A DNA stretch of 64,000 nucleotides from Patescibacteria group bacterium (GCA_040902515.1 JBBDXB010000006.1:130219-194218); one strand, 5' to 3'; counted from the stretch's first letter, positions 18,195-27,495 are shown. Made by a program: numbers and translations. Notes: generated from the sequence alone by a model not told the origin.

Positions 18195-18282
18195 AGTCAT
18201 ATTATAAGCAGCTTGCTGTAAAAATAATGGATGTCCCTGCGGGTAACTCCCCCAAAGCACCGCCAGGATGCGCTGAGGGAGA

Positions 18283-18333
18283 TGCCGGTTTCCGAATCTG
18301 ATGCGCGTGATGCGCGAGAATCGGAAACCGGCA
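18283..18333. repeat. 13-bp perfect inverted repeat
   Basis: TGCCGGTTTCCGA ... TCGGAAACCGGCA, just downstream of 18340..19074. Confidence 0.7.
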
Positions 18334-18339
18334 ACGGCA

Positions 18340-19074
18340 CTAGCCGTTGGGAGGAACGAAGCGGTGCGGCTTGCCGGGACGTAAGAACGAGGGGCCGCCG
18401 ACTATGCGGGGAAGCTCCTTGTGCTTGAACGCCAGTCTGGTCGAGTACGCCAGAGGGGGCCAGAAGTAGACCGCGAGGAGAATGGCAATGGCGATCGCGT
18501 TCGAGCCCATCCGGCCGAAGATCAATACGAGAATCGGCAGGACGGCAAGCACGCAAGACAGCAGCGCCGTGATGATGCCAAGCGGGGTCACCTTCCAGCC
18601 CTTGGGCCGGAGCGGGGAGGTCGCATACCGCAGTCCGTCCGGTGTCAGCTCCGCCTCCGACCGGGCCCTCCCCAGGTACCAGGACTGCTGCTCGTCGGGC
18701 CACGTTATCGGCTCGACGATCCCGATGAACCGCTCTCGACCGGTGTCCATCCCCATGAAGGAGTTGACCCAGTCGTGCTCCGTCCCGCCGTCCACCTTGG
18801 GAAAGATGTCCAGGTATGCAGCGAGGTGGGGATGCCCGGCACAACCGAATGCAGTGTACATCCAGAGGTAGTCATGTGCGATCAAGAAACGCTGCAGCGG
18901 CTCCCCGCACTCCGAACAACCCATGGGTGAGACAGGGCTGATTGGCTCGACCCTCTTGACCGGTGTGGTCAATGAGAAATCGGGAGCGTCAAGCTGCAAC
19001 CCCTTCGCGATCACGAAGACACGACCATCCGCGATCTCGTCCAGTCCGTTGGCAGTTACTTTGACGTAGTCCAT
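18340..19074 (-). CDS. Hypothetical membrane protein (CxxC, two C-terminal TM)
   Basis: CSEC; hydrophobic C-terminal helices; boxA-like GTACCTTCACAG at 19137-19148. Confidence 0.65.
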   Translation of the reverse strand: MDYVKVTANGLDEIADGRVFVIAKGLQLDAPDFSLTTPVKRVEPISPVSPMGCSECGEPLQRFLIAHDYLWMYTAFGCAGHPHLAAYLDIFPKVDGGTEHDWVNSFMGMDTGRERFIGIVEPITWPDEQQSWYLGRARSEAELTPDGLRYATSPLRPKGWKVTPLGIITALLSCVLAVLPILVLIFGRMGSNAIAIAILLAVYFWPPLAYSTRLAFKHKELPRIVGGPSFLRPGKPHRFVPPNG

Positions 19075-19214
19075 ACAGGCCTCGATTTCCGGTCAAGCAT
19101 CAGCACCATTGCTGAGGCCAGTCCCGGAAACGAAGGCTGTGAAGGTACGACTACTTAGATTGCATGACAAGAAGCGGCACCGTCAAACCGGGCCGCTCAT
19201 CAAGAAGCACATCA

Positions 19215-19601
19215 TCAGGAAGTTCCCTGGTTCGTCATGATAGCCTCCACATCGAAACCCTGCTCGGCCAACCAGGTGCGCATGCTGATGAGCGCACCCG
19301 GCGGTTCGTCGATCGGCTGCGCGGGATACCAACCTACTTCCCCCCAGGTCCCGGTTTCCCCTTGCTCGATATCACGCCGCCGGGCGACCAGGTTCAATAT
19401 CGCGATATGCGGACCCGACGTTTCACTTTCGGCGTGCTGCCGTGCCAGCTTGAGCAACCCGAAGACGCTCTCGGGGTCCGACGAAATGGAAACGGATTCG
19501 TCACCAAGCGGCAGACGGAACGATTCCGCACCCGGCGTCCGTCTGCTCGTCGCCAAGCCTTCGCGGACGGCGATTTCGGTGATTGATTCCTGGCGCTTCA
19601 T
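19215..19601 (-). CDS. Hypothetical protein
   Basis: 128-aa ORF in the same-strand gene run. Confidence 0.5.
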   Translation of the reverse strand: MKRQESITEIAVREGLATSRRTPGAESFRLPLGDESVSISSDPESVFGLLKLARQHAESETSGPHIAILNLVARRRDIEQGETGTWGEVGWYPAQPIDEPPGALISMRTWLAEQGFDVEAIMTNQGTS

Positions 19602-19634
19602 GACATCCTACGGTAGCACAATCCTAGGCTGCCA

Positions 19635-20186
19635 TCAGCGCAGGCGGTCCCGCGAACGGATGAACGGAACCAAGTGTATGCCAACCAGAACGGCGTCCGC
19701 TTCCGGATCCACGTCGTCGACCGACCGGATGTTGCTCGCCTGGCATAGCCAGCCCCGCCACGCGGCCCTCGCCTGGCGGAACGTTTCCGCCTTCCTTCCG
19801 CCGGTCGTGAGGTCCCGGTCGTTCCAAAGCGCCCGGCTGTCCGGCGGCAGGATGTCGAACTGGGCCACGCTCTCAACCTCGATGATACAGCGCTCCCGGT
19901 GACGCTCCGGCACGCGACCGACCACGAGAACCCTGTCGGCGCCGGCATCGAGCGCGCGATCGATCAGGCGGTCGTCCCGATGGATCCCTTTCGCGAGGAT
20001 CGGCTTGCCGGTCCGGGCGCGAGCCCGCTCCAGCAGCTCGAATGACCCACCCCAACGCGAGTCGGTATGGACCGAGATCATGTCTCCGTGTGCGTCGGCC
20101 AGATCGAACAGTTCGTCCCAGGAACGATCGGCACGCCACCCGAACGGCGACCACGTCTTCACTTCGCTGATGAACGTATATTCCAC
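19635..20186 (-). CDS. Short IGP-synthase (TrpC)-like TIM-barrel protein
   Basis: FISEVKTWSPFG, ISVHTD..WGGS, PILAK, WNDRDL, DAVLVG align with TrpC motifs; N-terminal helices absent. Confidence 0.75.
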   Translation of the reverse strand: MEYTFISEVKTWSPFGWRADRSWDELFDLADAHGDMISVHTDSRWGGSFELLERARARTGKPILAKGIHRDDRLIDRALDAGADRVLVVGRVPERHRERCIIEVESVAQFDILPPDSRALWNDRDLTTGGRKAETFRQARAAWRGWLCQASNIRSVDDVDPEADAVLVGIHLVPFIRSRDRLR

Positions 20187-20192
20187 GTGGTA

Positions 20193-20636
20193 CTACCCCA
20201 GCCGATCACGAATCAGCGCGGCAACGGCGCGCGCCTCGGATTCCGGTGTCTTCTCGCGGCTGCCCGGCCGGTACAGGAACTGCCGCGGCTCATATTTCGT
20301 GATGCCCGTGTCGCCTTCCTTTCGCGGCAACATGTGCAAATGCAGGTGCGGTACGCTCTGCCCGATACCTTCGTTCCAGGCGAAGTTATACCCTTCCGCT
20401 CCGAAGAGGTCGGCAAGTGCGCCGCGCAGCGTCCGTACCGTCCGGCTGATCGCTTCCCGTTCATCCGCGGTCAGGTCCGCCTCGCCTGACACGTGCCGCT
20501 TCGGAATGATCAGCACGTGCCCCGGGACGACCGGCATGTGCGTCGGGAGCGCCTTCACCAAATCCGTTTCCAGAAACACCCGGTCCTGCACCTCCGGCAG
20601 GTCGCAGAAATCGCATGGAGTGAGTCGGTCAGTCAT
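20193..20636 (-). CDS. HIT family hydrolase
   Basis: CDFC, GHVLIIPKRH, GQSVPHLHLH. Confidence 0.92.
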   Translation of the reverse strand: MTDRLTPCDFCDLPEVQDRVFLETDLVKALPTHMPVVPGHVLIIPKRHVSGEADLTADEREAISRTVRTLRGALADLFGAEGYNFAWNEGIGQSVPHLHLHMLPRKEGDTGITKYEPRQFLYRPGSREKTPESEARAVAALIRDRLG

Positions 20637-20648
20637 GTCGTTATCTTG

Positions 20649-20724
20649 GGTGGCTGATGGGACTTGAACCCACGACCTCCAGTGCCACAAACTGGCGCTC
20701 TAACCAAGCTGAGCTACAGCCACC
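20649..20724 (-). tRNA. tRNA-His(GTG)
   Basis: G-1 encoded; arm CCAGT-TT GTG GC-ACTGG. Confidence 0.96.
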
Positions 20725-20790
20725 ATGCGTTGCGTATCGCAACGGCATTGTTCATTATGCCGGAATCGGTGCGCCGACGTAACGGACCTG

Positions 20791-20863
20791 TGCCCCGGGT
20801 AGGAATCGAACCTACAACCTTCGCCTTAGAAGGGCGCTGCTCTATCCGTTGAGCTACCGGGGC
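20791..20863 (-). tRNA. tRNA-Arg(TCT)
   Basis: Loop CT TCT AA; GGTTCGATTCC. Confidence 0.95.
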
Positions 20864-20939
20864 GCGCTCTCATTGTGCCGGTTCGGGCACCCGGCGGCCA
20901 CTCGGCACAATCGTGGCTCCCGCCCGGACCGTCTTGCGC

Positions 20940-21332
20940 TCAGTTGCCCGGGTTGATGATCGTTGCGACGCCGTCCCAGCCGACCGCCATCGTGATGATC
21001 GCCAGCAGCACCGCCGAAAGGAGCGTCGTCACCCAGGGCCAGCGCCGGCGGTAGAGGTTCCGCGCGAGTACGAACGCCGTCACCGCGAAGTTCGGGATCA
21101 GGAGCAACGCGGCGGCATACGCCAGCGGCAGGAGCACCACCGGGAAGTCGACGAAGAACCGGAGGTCCGGATGGGCCCGCTGGGCCTCGCCCTCCTGGAT
21201 GAAGTACAACGCCAGAATCAGCAGCGCCACGTTGGTCAGTATCAGCCCCACTACGGCGGGTAGCTGCTGGTCGAGAGTGTTGCCGGGACGGCGCGGTTCA
21301 GTCGCCGGAGCCGTCTGCGCTTTCGGCTTCAT
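20940..21332 (-). CDS. Three-TM membrane protein
   Basis: Start moved to MKPKAQ; three hydrophobic segments. Confidence 0.65.
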   Translation of the reverse strand: MKPKAQTAPATEPRRPGNTLDQQLPAVVGLILTNVALLILALYFIQEGEAQRAHPDLRFFVDFPVVLLPLAYAAALLLIPNFAVTAFVLARNLYRRRWPWVTTLLSAVLLAIITMAVGWDGVATIINPGN

Positions 21333-21657
21333 CACCGGCGGCGTTCGCTTCGTCCGGGTCGGTCGCGAGGAACTGGACGATCCCCCGGTCTTGCTTCGAG
21401 AGCCGGCGGTAAACGAACTGCGCGCACGATTCGACGTCTGCTTCACTCCATTCAGGATAGCAGTCGTGGACGATTTCATGCAGCAAGGTGAGCGCCCGGT
21501 CATCGAGTGAAAGCCCGCGTCTGATCACGATCCGGTCGTTGACCGGATCGATGTAGCCGTTTGCCTTGTTGTCCTTGCGGCCGAACTTCGGCAGCCGGTC
21601 GCGGAACGTGATGTCGTATCCGGTCTCGAAGATGCCTTGGTAAACGGTTGAGATCAT
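21298..21657 (-). CDS. Small HExxH metallopeptidase-like protein (ImmA/IrrE-like)
   Basis: GYID...IVI...LS...LTLLHEIVH...E. Confidence 0.7.
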   Translation of the reverse strand: MISTVYQGIFETGYDITFRDRLPKFGRKDNKANGYIDPVNDRIVIRRGLSLDDRALTLLHEIVHDCYPEWSEADVESCAQFVYRRLSKQDRGIVQFLATDPDEANAAGDEAESADGSGD

Positions 21658-21777
21658 GCGTGTTTGTTTTCGTCAGCGGGCGCCGCAGGGCGCTTCGCTT
21701 TTTTGGAAAATTAAAGAATAGTAGCACGTTTTCGTGCCTAAGTCAATGAGCTGGGGCGTGATACGGAGGGCATACCG

Positions 21778-21855
21778 GCAACCCGGCCAATCAACCGAAG
21801 GGTGGTGCGGGAGATGCATGGCGGTCTCGAATGAATCGAAACGTGGTGCCACGCA
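21778..21855. repeat. 78-bp trailer repeat, copy 1
   Basis: 75/78 identical to 22430-22507. Confidence 0.95.
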
Positions 21856-21871
21856 TCTCCCGACGTACCCG

Positions 21872-22279
21872 TTACGACATCTGCGGGTTCTCTGTGATAG
21901 CTCCGCTCGCGATTGACACAAGCGCGTACGGGTCGTGGCCGTCGAGCAGTCCGCGTCCGGGGAGCCTGAGGTCAACGGGCTTTTGGATGAAGGGTCCGCC
22001 CGGGTGGACGAAGAGTCCGTGCGTTGCTATCCCGCCCTTTCGCCCTTTCGGGGCGCTGAACGAGTAGAGGCCGGTGACCCAGACCCTCTTCACTCCGACA
22101 CCGGCGATTCCAAGAAAGGCCCTGATATCCGGAGCACGGGCGCCGTCCTCGAGGATCATCACCCTGTAGGGCTGCTGCTCCTGGTCGACCCCGAACTCCA
22201 CCGTGTGCTTGTACGGATCACACACGGCCATGTAGTAGTCCCACTTTCCGGGACCGGTGAGGATGTTGAGAGAAGACAT
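21872..22279 (-). CDS. Orphan protein in inverted-repeat cassette
   Basis: SD AGGAGG before ATG 22279 (MSSLNILTG). Confidence 0.65.
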   Translation of the reverse strand: MSSLNILTGPGKWDYYMAVCDPYKHTVEFGVDQEQQPYRVMILEDGARAPDIRAFLGIAGVGVKRVWVTGLYSFSAPKGRKGGIATHGLFVHPGGPFIQKPVDLRLPGRGLLDGHDPYALVSIASGAITENPQMS

Positions 22280-22429
22280 GACGTCCTCCTGTATCCAGTG
22301 CCTGGTTGGCGCAGGCACGCGCCCTGACTTCTCTTTGGAGAAGCGACCTGCCATGAAGGCAGGAATTGCACGTCATCCGTCGTAACAGGTTGATTGACCG
22401 GGTTGTGAACGAACGAAGCCGACGTAATA

Positions 22430-22507
22430 GCAACCCGGCCAATCAACCGAAGGGTGGTGCGGGAGATGCATGGCGGTCTCGATGGAATCGAAACATGGTG
22501 CCACGCA
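22430..22507. repeat. 78-bp trailer repeat, copy 2
   Basis: 75/78 identical to 21778-21855. Confidence 0.95.
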
Positions 22508-22539
22508 GAGCTCCCGACTTTATACCGCTACAACCACCT

Positions 22540-23205
22540 TCAACTAACGAGTGCCGGAGGATCTCCGACCAGCTCAACGCGCAAAGCTTGAACTATGTTG
22601 CGCGTACTACGATCGAGCTGACTCTTGATATCGACCAACCTGTCGATCGTTCGAGATGAATCTGAGGCGCGTGGCTCCCGCAACATCTCGCGTAGCGCCT
22701 TGTGAGCTGACGGATGTCTTGAAGCAAAGGCGCAGCCAGCCAGTGCATCCGCGAGCATTTCGGGGTTCAGTCGCCGAAGCTGGTTCGTCTTTGCTCGAAC
22801 CAAGCCGACACGGAGAACTGGGATGTCCAGGTCCTCCCGGGTGATGCTGCCACCACGGTAGGTCAGACGTACGGCTCGGTAGAGCGGATGATTGGGAATC
22901 AGCCGCTGGTACCCCGTCCAGGCATAGCGGGCGAGCATTACCTCGTCCCACCTCCCCGCTTGGGCCAGGCGGCGGACACATGCCAGCTCCCAGACGCGAG
23001 AGCGGGTGAGTGACCGCTCCAATGAGCTCAGGCGATACGCGCCTATCAGCGCACCCGTCTTGAAGCCGACCGCCTGCTCCGTCTGACAGACGGTGGCAAT
23101 CGACTCCAACAGCTTCTGCACATCCAACACCTTCCGCTCAAGGCGCAGACGGCGCCAGAGCCTGAAGCGCTGGGGTAGGTCCTGAATCCACCACAAGAGG
23201 TACAT
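22540..23205 (-). CDS. Orphan Arg-rich protein in inverted-repeat cassette
   Basis: SD AAGGAG before ATG 23205 (MYLLWWIQ). Confidence 0.6.
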   Translation of the reverse strand: MYLLWWIQDLPQRFRLWRRLRLERKVLDVQKLLESIATVCQTEQAVGFKTGALIGAYRLSSLERSLTRSRVWELACVRRLAQAGRWDEVMLARYAWTGYQRLIPNHPLYRAVRLTYRGGSITREDLDIPVLRVGLVRAKTNQLRRLNPEMLADALAGCAFASRHPSAHKALREMLREPRASDSSRTIDRLVDIKSQLDRSTRNIVQALRVELVGDPPALVS

Positions 23206-23277
23206 TACCTCTCCTTTCGAATGGACGCGAAACGCGTCGTTGACTACACACCCGGTTGTAACGGGTTGATTGACCGG

Positions 23278-23330
23278 GTTGTAAACGAACGAAGCCGTGA
23301 ATAATACCACGGCTATGCAGTTTATTACAA
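23278..23330 (-). promoter_or_regulatory. sigma70 promoter plus boxA-like GTTCGTTTACAAC
   Basis: TTGTAA-18nt-TATTAT with extended TG. Confidence 0.65.
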
Positions 23331-23343
23331 TCTTTCACTACTG

Positions 23344-23415
23344 AGCGGGTGGGGGGAATCGAACCCCCATTACCAGCTTGGAAGGCTGGTGTAATAGCCG
23401 TTATACGACACCCGC
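23344..23415 (-). tRNA. tRNA-Gly(TCC)
   Basis: Arm CCAGC-CT TCC AA-GCTGG. Confidence 0.96.
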
Positions 23416-23432
23416 ACGAATCCCATTCTAAC

Positions 23433-24554
23433 TCACCGGCCCTCGACCGTGCGCTCGCGCTCGTCCGGCCGGGTGTGCGCGGTCAGCTCGTTGTACCGGC
23501 GGACCTTCGCGTTAGCTTCGGCGACCAGGGCGTTGTACGGGTCCACCAGCGCGTTGTACCCCGTGATGTCCCCGGCCGCGAGCAGCGCGTCCGCCTGCGC
23601 TCCCAGCCGCTCCAGCTCAGACTTGAGCCGATCGATCTCCGCCTTGAGGTCCCGGAGCACCCGCTCGTAGGCCAGATGCTGCTTCACGATCACGCCGCGG
23701 TCCTGCAGGAACGTGGCGTAGTGCCGTTCCAGCTCGGGACTGAGGTCCCGGACTTCCGTACCGAGGATCGCGTGCAGCTCATCGGTCCGGTCATCACCTG
23801 AGTGCGAACCGACCCGGTCCGCCAGCTCCCGGTTGCCACGGACCGCCGCCTCGATCAGCGGCGTCAGACGGTCCTGCTCGGAACCGGACAGATGCTGCCA
23901 CACGGCATGGAGCATCTCATGCGCGGCCGTGACCGAGAGCTCCGGTCGGATCTCTTCCTGCGGGAGATCGATCAGGTAGATGTGATCGCCGGTATAGCAG
24001 CCCTGGAGCTGCCCTTCGTCCACCGCCGAGGAGCACTCCCGCTGGATGAACGATTTGGAAACCAATCTCGGTCGGGTCTCGAGGTAGCGGTCCGCGGCGG
24101 GCCGGGTCATCCGCGCGTCCAGGACCTGCCCGACCGCCACGGGATCGGCGCTCTCCGCGCAGCTCCGGGCGGATCCGCCGAACGTGCCCTGGCCGGTGGC
24201 GTAGTACGCGGAGCCGTCCTCGAGGGTCGTGCATACCAGATAATGCGTGCTGGCATCGTCCACCGCATAGACGATCGAGTCGGATTCCGCGGGCGGCGTC
24301 GGCGGTGCAACCAGCTCCGCCAGTCCCCCGGTCGCATCGGCCCGGGTCAGGGAGCCGTCCGTCTTCGGCAGATTCCCATCCCGTCCATCGAACGCTTCCT
24401 TAAGCTGCTCGACCACGGACCGGCGGGCAATGTCCCGCGTCTCGGCAGCCCGTCGTTCGGATTCGATCCAGAGCCAGCTTCCGGCAGCGACCGCGAGCGC
24501 CAGCGCGACCACCGCACCCAATCGAACCAGCATCGTCCGTGTTTGATGTTCCAT
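23433..24554 (-). CDS. Membrane-anchored protein: pilin/GspG-like N part plus HExxH metalloprotease and coiled coil
   Basis: TM then RD..RR...QL..A; LQGCY, AAHEMLHAVW, DELHAILGTE. Confidence 0.7.
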   Translation of the reverse strand: MEHQTRTMLVRLGAVVALALAVAAGSWLWIESERRAAETRDIARRSVVEQLKEAFDGRDGNLPKTDGSLTRADATGGLAELVAPPTPPAESDSIVYAVDDASTHYLVCTTLEDGSAYYATGQGTFGGSARSCAESADPVAVGQVLDARMTRPAADRYLETRPRLVSKSFIQRECSSAVDEGQLQGCYTGDHIYLIDLPQEEIRPELSVTAAHEMLHAVWQHLSGSEQDRLTPLIEAAVRGNRELADRVGSHSGDDRTDELHAILGTEVRDLSPELERHYATFLQDRGVIVKQHLAYERVLRDLKAEIDRLKSELERLGAQADALLAAGDITGYNALVDPYNALVAEANAKVRRYNELTAHTRPDERERTVEGR

Positions 24555-24628
24555 TCGGGGCGGTCAGATTCGAACTGACGACCTCCTGCTCCCAAAGCAG
24601 GCGCGCTGCCAGGCTGCGCCACGCCCCG
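24555..24628 (-). tRNA. tRNA-Pro(TGG)
   Basis: Arm CCTGC-TT TGG GA-GCAGG. Confidence 0.96.
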
Positions 24629-24756
24629 TACGACCGTCCCCATTATGTACCGCCCTGACGTTTTGTGGGAATGAATCCGCAAGTTCCGGACATTCCAGAC
24701 AGTAAAGCCCCCTCGACACGATGCCGAGAGGGCTAGATTTCGAAATCTACCATCGC

Positions 24757-25050
24757 TTACTTGCGGACGGCTTCCTTAAGGTTCTTGCCGGGAGTGAATT
24801 TCGCCACCGTCGTTTCGGGAATATGGATCCGCTCGCTCGTCGCCTGCGGGTTCACGCCCATGCGGGCCGCCCGGGTGTTCGCGTACCATGCACCGAAACC
24901 GCTGATCGAAACCTTGCCGCGGTTCTGGAGCGTCTTGGTAATCGAATCGGTCATCGCCTCGAGCGCGACCGTCGCGGCCTTCTTGGAGATCTTGGCCCGC
25001 GAAGCCATCGTCTCGATAACGTCCTGCTTGTTCATCGTTGCACCTGCCAT
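24757..25050 (-). CDS. hup: DNA-binding protein HU
   Basis: MNKQDVI...VSISGFG...RAARMGVNPQ...KFTPGKNLKEAV; SD GGAGG. Confidence 0.95.
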   Translation of the reverse strand: MAGATMNKQDVIETMASRAKISKKAATVALEAMTDSITKTLQNRGKVSISGFGAWYANTRAARMGVNPQATSERIHIPETTVAKFTPGKNLKEAVRK

Positions 25051-25176
25051 ATGCCTCACCTCCTCTCGGGGGAATATAGTCAACCAAAGCCTTTTGCATT
25101 GGTAACCCTAGTATGCCGCGGGGTAAAAATATGTCAACGGCGGGGGCTGTGGATTCAGGCACGGCCCACGCCTGTG

Positions 25177-25971
25177 TCACGGGCGCGTGGAAAGCCGCGT
25201 GATTGACTTCGATTTGGTCGGACCGTCGGTTTCGACCAGGACGGCGTCGCAGATGTACGGACGTGCCGGTTCGATCCGGGGCGGCTTACTGACCGCTTCC
25301 CCGAGCTCCTTGCGAAGCCATGCTTCAGCCCGCTCGTACTGCATGCCGATCACCGTGTTCAGGCCGCCGCACATGCCGGCGTCGAACTGGATCGCCGTAC
25401 CGCCGGCCAGCACGCGGGCATCCGCCGACGGCACGTGGGTATGCGTCCCGACCAGCGCGCTGGCTTTGCCGTCGATCCGGTAGGCGACCACCATGAATTC
25501 GCTCGTGGTCTCGGCGTGGAAGTCGATGAAGATGGCGTCGGCCTGGGCGGCCTCGTCGGTCCCGAGCAGCGCGTCGACCGCCCGGAAGTAATCGTCCGTC
25601 TTGCCGTGGAGCTTCGAGATGAACGCGTGCCCGGCGATGTTCGCCAGAAGCAGCTGCCGGCCGCCCACCGGAATGAGCCGGTATCCGGGAACCGGATGGT
25701 CTCCCCTGATGTTCATCGGCCGGACGATGGGGTGCCGGGCGAGGTCGGCGGATTCCCGGTCAAGGAAATGGTCGCCGGTAGTGAAGGCGTCGATGCCGAT
25801 TTCCCGCAGGCGGTCCAGGTCCTCGGGAGTCGCCAGTTTGCCGCCGTGGACGTTTTCCACGTTCGCCAGCACGACGTCGGGCCGGTGCGCTTTCCGCCAT
25901 TCCGGCAGCGTTTCCTGCACGGCCGTGATTCCCGCCTCGCCCTGGAGGTCGCCGAAGAAGAGGATCCGCAC
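25177..25971 (-). CDS. ymdB: YmdB-family metallophosphoesterase
   Basis: FFGD, ANVEN, TGDH, DFHAE, GTHTH, DAGMCG; follows rny. Confidence 0.9.
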   Translation of the reverse strand: MRILFFGDLQGEAGITAVQETLPEWRKAHRPDVVLANVENVHGGKLATPEDLDRLREIGIDAFTTGDHFLDRESADLARHPIVRPMNIRGDHPVPGYRLIPVGGRQLLLANIAGHAFISKLHGKTDDYFRAVDALLGTDEAAQADAIFIDFHAETTSEFMVVAYRIDGKASALVGTHTHVPSADARVLAGGTAIQFDAGMCGGLNTVIGMQYERAEAWLRKELGEAVSKPPRIEPARPYICDAVLVETDGPTKSKSITRLSTRP

Positions 25972-25974
25972 GGG

Positions 25975-27495
25975 TTACTTCGCCAGTTCCGTCGCCCGCG
26001 TCTCGCGGATCACGTTGACCTTGATCTGGCCCGGGAAGGTCAGTTCCTGCTCGATCTTCTTGGCGATGTCCTTGGCGAGCTTCACCGTCGAAAGGTCGTC
26101 GATCTCCTGCGGCCGCACCAGGATCCTGATCTCGCGACCCGCCTGGATCGCGTACGCCTTGTCCACGCCGTCGAACGCATTGGCCACGTTCTCCAGCTCC
26201 TGGAGGCGCTTCACGTACTGCTCGTAGCTCTCGCGGCGGGCGCCGGGGCGGGCGCCGGAGATCGCGTCGGAGACCTGGCAGATGACGTCGAGCGTGGATT
26301 CGATCGGCAGGTCCTCGTGGTGCGCGCCGACGGCGTGGCAGATGTCCTCGGGCAGGCCGTACTTCTTGCAGATGTCCCGGCCGATCAGGGCGTGCGGTCC
26401 CTCGACCTCGTGGGTCACGGCCTTGCCGATGTCGTGGAACAAGCCGACCAGCTTGGCCTTGGTCGGATCCACGCCGAGTTCGCCGGCCAGCATCTGCGCG
26501 ATGAAACTGACCTCGACCGAGTGCTTGAGAATGTTCTGCCCATATGACGTCCGGAACTTCATGGTGCCGAGCAGCTTCACCAGATCGGGATTGAGTCCGC
26601 TGAGCTTGAGTTCATAGACGGCATCCTCACCGGCCTTCTTGGAGATCTGGTTCACTTCCTTCTCGGCCTTCTTCACGACCTCTTCGATCCGGGACGGGTT
26701 GATCCGCCCGTCGGCGACGAGCTTCTCCATCGCGATCCGGGCGACCTGCCGCCGGACCGGGCTGTAGCCGGAGATCACCACGGTGTCCGGCGTGTCATCG
26801 ACGATGATGTCGACGCCGGTCGCCTTCTCGAACGACTGGATGTTCCGGCCCTCCTTGCCGATGATCCGCCCCTTGATCTCGTCACTCGGGATCTGGACGG
26901 TCGTCACGGTCAGCTCAGCCGACTGGTCCGCGGCGTAGCGCTGGATCGCCCCGGCGATGATCTTCTTCGCGCGCTGCTCGCCCTCCTCCTTCGCCCGCTC
27001 CTCCAGATCGTGGACCTTCCGTGCGAACTCCTCGGAGAACTCCTTCTCCAGCATCTTGAGCAGCACGTCCTTGGCCTTCGCCTGGGTGAGCTTCGCGACC
27101 TTTTCCAGGTTCTGGACCTGACGCTCCTTCACCTCGGAGATCTCATCCTTAAGCGCCTTGGCTTGTTCACGGTCTTTCTCAAGTTGCGCCAACCGCTCCT
27201 CGAGCTGCTTCTCCTTGCGATCGAGATTTTCCTCACGTGAAGCCAGTCGCGACTCGGTCGCCTCCAGCCGCTTCCGATGCTCGCGTTCCTCGTCTTTCGC
27301 CGCGTTGGTAGCCTTAAGCGCCTCGTCCTGTGCCCTTAGGACGATTTCCTTGGCCTTCGACTCGGCATCACTGAGCGTTTTCTCAGCCTTGGCGTGCGTG
27401 CGCTCCTGCTGGCCCTTGTTGCGATTCGAAAAAACCGCATAACCGAAGCCAGCTCCCGCTGCCGCGGCCACGAGCAGTAACAGTACCGTATCCAT
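25975..27495 (-). CDS. rny: Ribonuclease Y
   Basis: N-terminal TM, coiled coil, KH (KGRIIGKEGRNI), HD (HDIGK), ISGARPGARRE. Confidence 0.97.
   Translation of the reverse strand: MDTVLLLLVAAAAGAGFGYAVFSNRNKGQQERTHAKAEKTLSDAESKAKEIVLRAQDEALKATNAAKDEEREHRKRLEATESRLASREENLDRKEKQLEERLAQLEKDREQAKALKDEISEVKERQVQNLEKVAKLTQAKAKDVLLKMLEKEFSEEFARKVHDLEERAKEEGEQRAKKIIAGAIQRYAADQSAELTVTTVQIPSDEIKGRIIGKEGRNIQSFEKATGVDIIVDDTPDTVVISGYSPVRRQVARIAMEKLVADGRINPSRIEEVVKKAEKEVNQISKKAGEDAVYELKLSGLNPDLVKLLGTMKFRTSYGQNILKHSVEVSFIAQMLAGELGVDPTKAKLVGLFHDIGKAVTHEVEGPHALIGRDICKKYGLPEDICHAVGAHHEDLPIESTLDVICQVSDAISGARPGARRESYEQYVKRLQELENVANAFDGVDKAYAIQAGREIRILVRPQEIDDLSTVKLAKDIAKKIEQELTFPGQIKVNVIRETRATELAK

Noticed and set aside
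18298-18330. CTGATG...GAAAC inside the 18283 palindrome as a third hammerhead
   Set aside because: Core reads CUGAUGC, not CUGANGA, and stems I/III with an NUH site cannot be built
21660-21700. CUGACGA on the minus strand upstream of the HExxH gene
   Set aside because: No stem II or paired stem III follows
22388-22448. Cassette junction palindrome as an integron attC site
   Set aside because: Runs GTT...AAC rather than RYYYAAC...GTTRRRY, and no integrase is in the window
21778-23281. Repeats as a CRISPR array
   Set aside because: Only two 78-bp copies separated by a gene-sized interval; no cas genes
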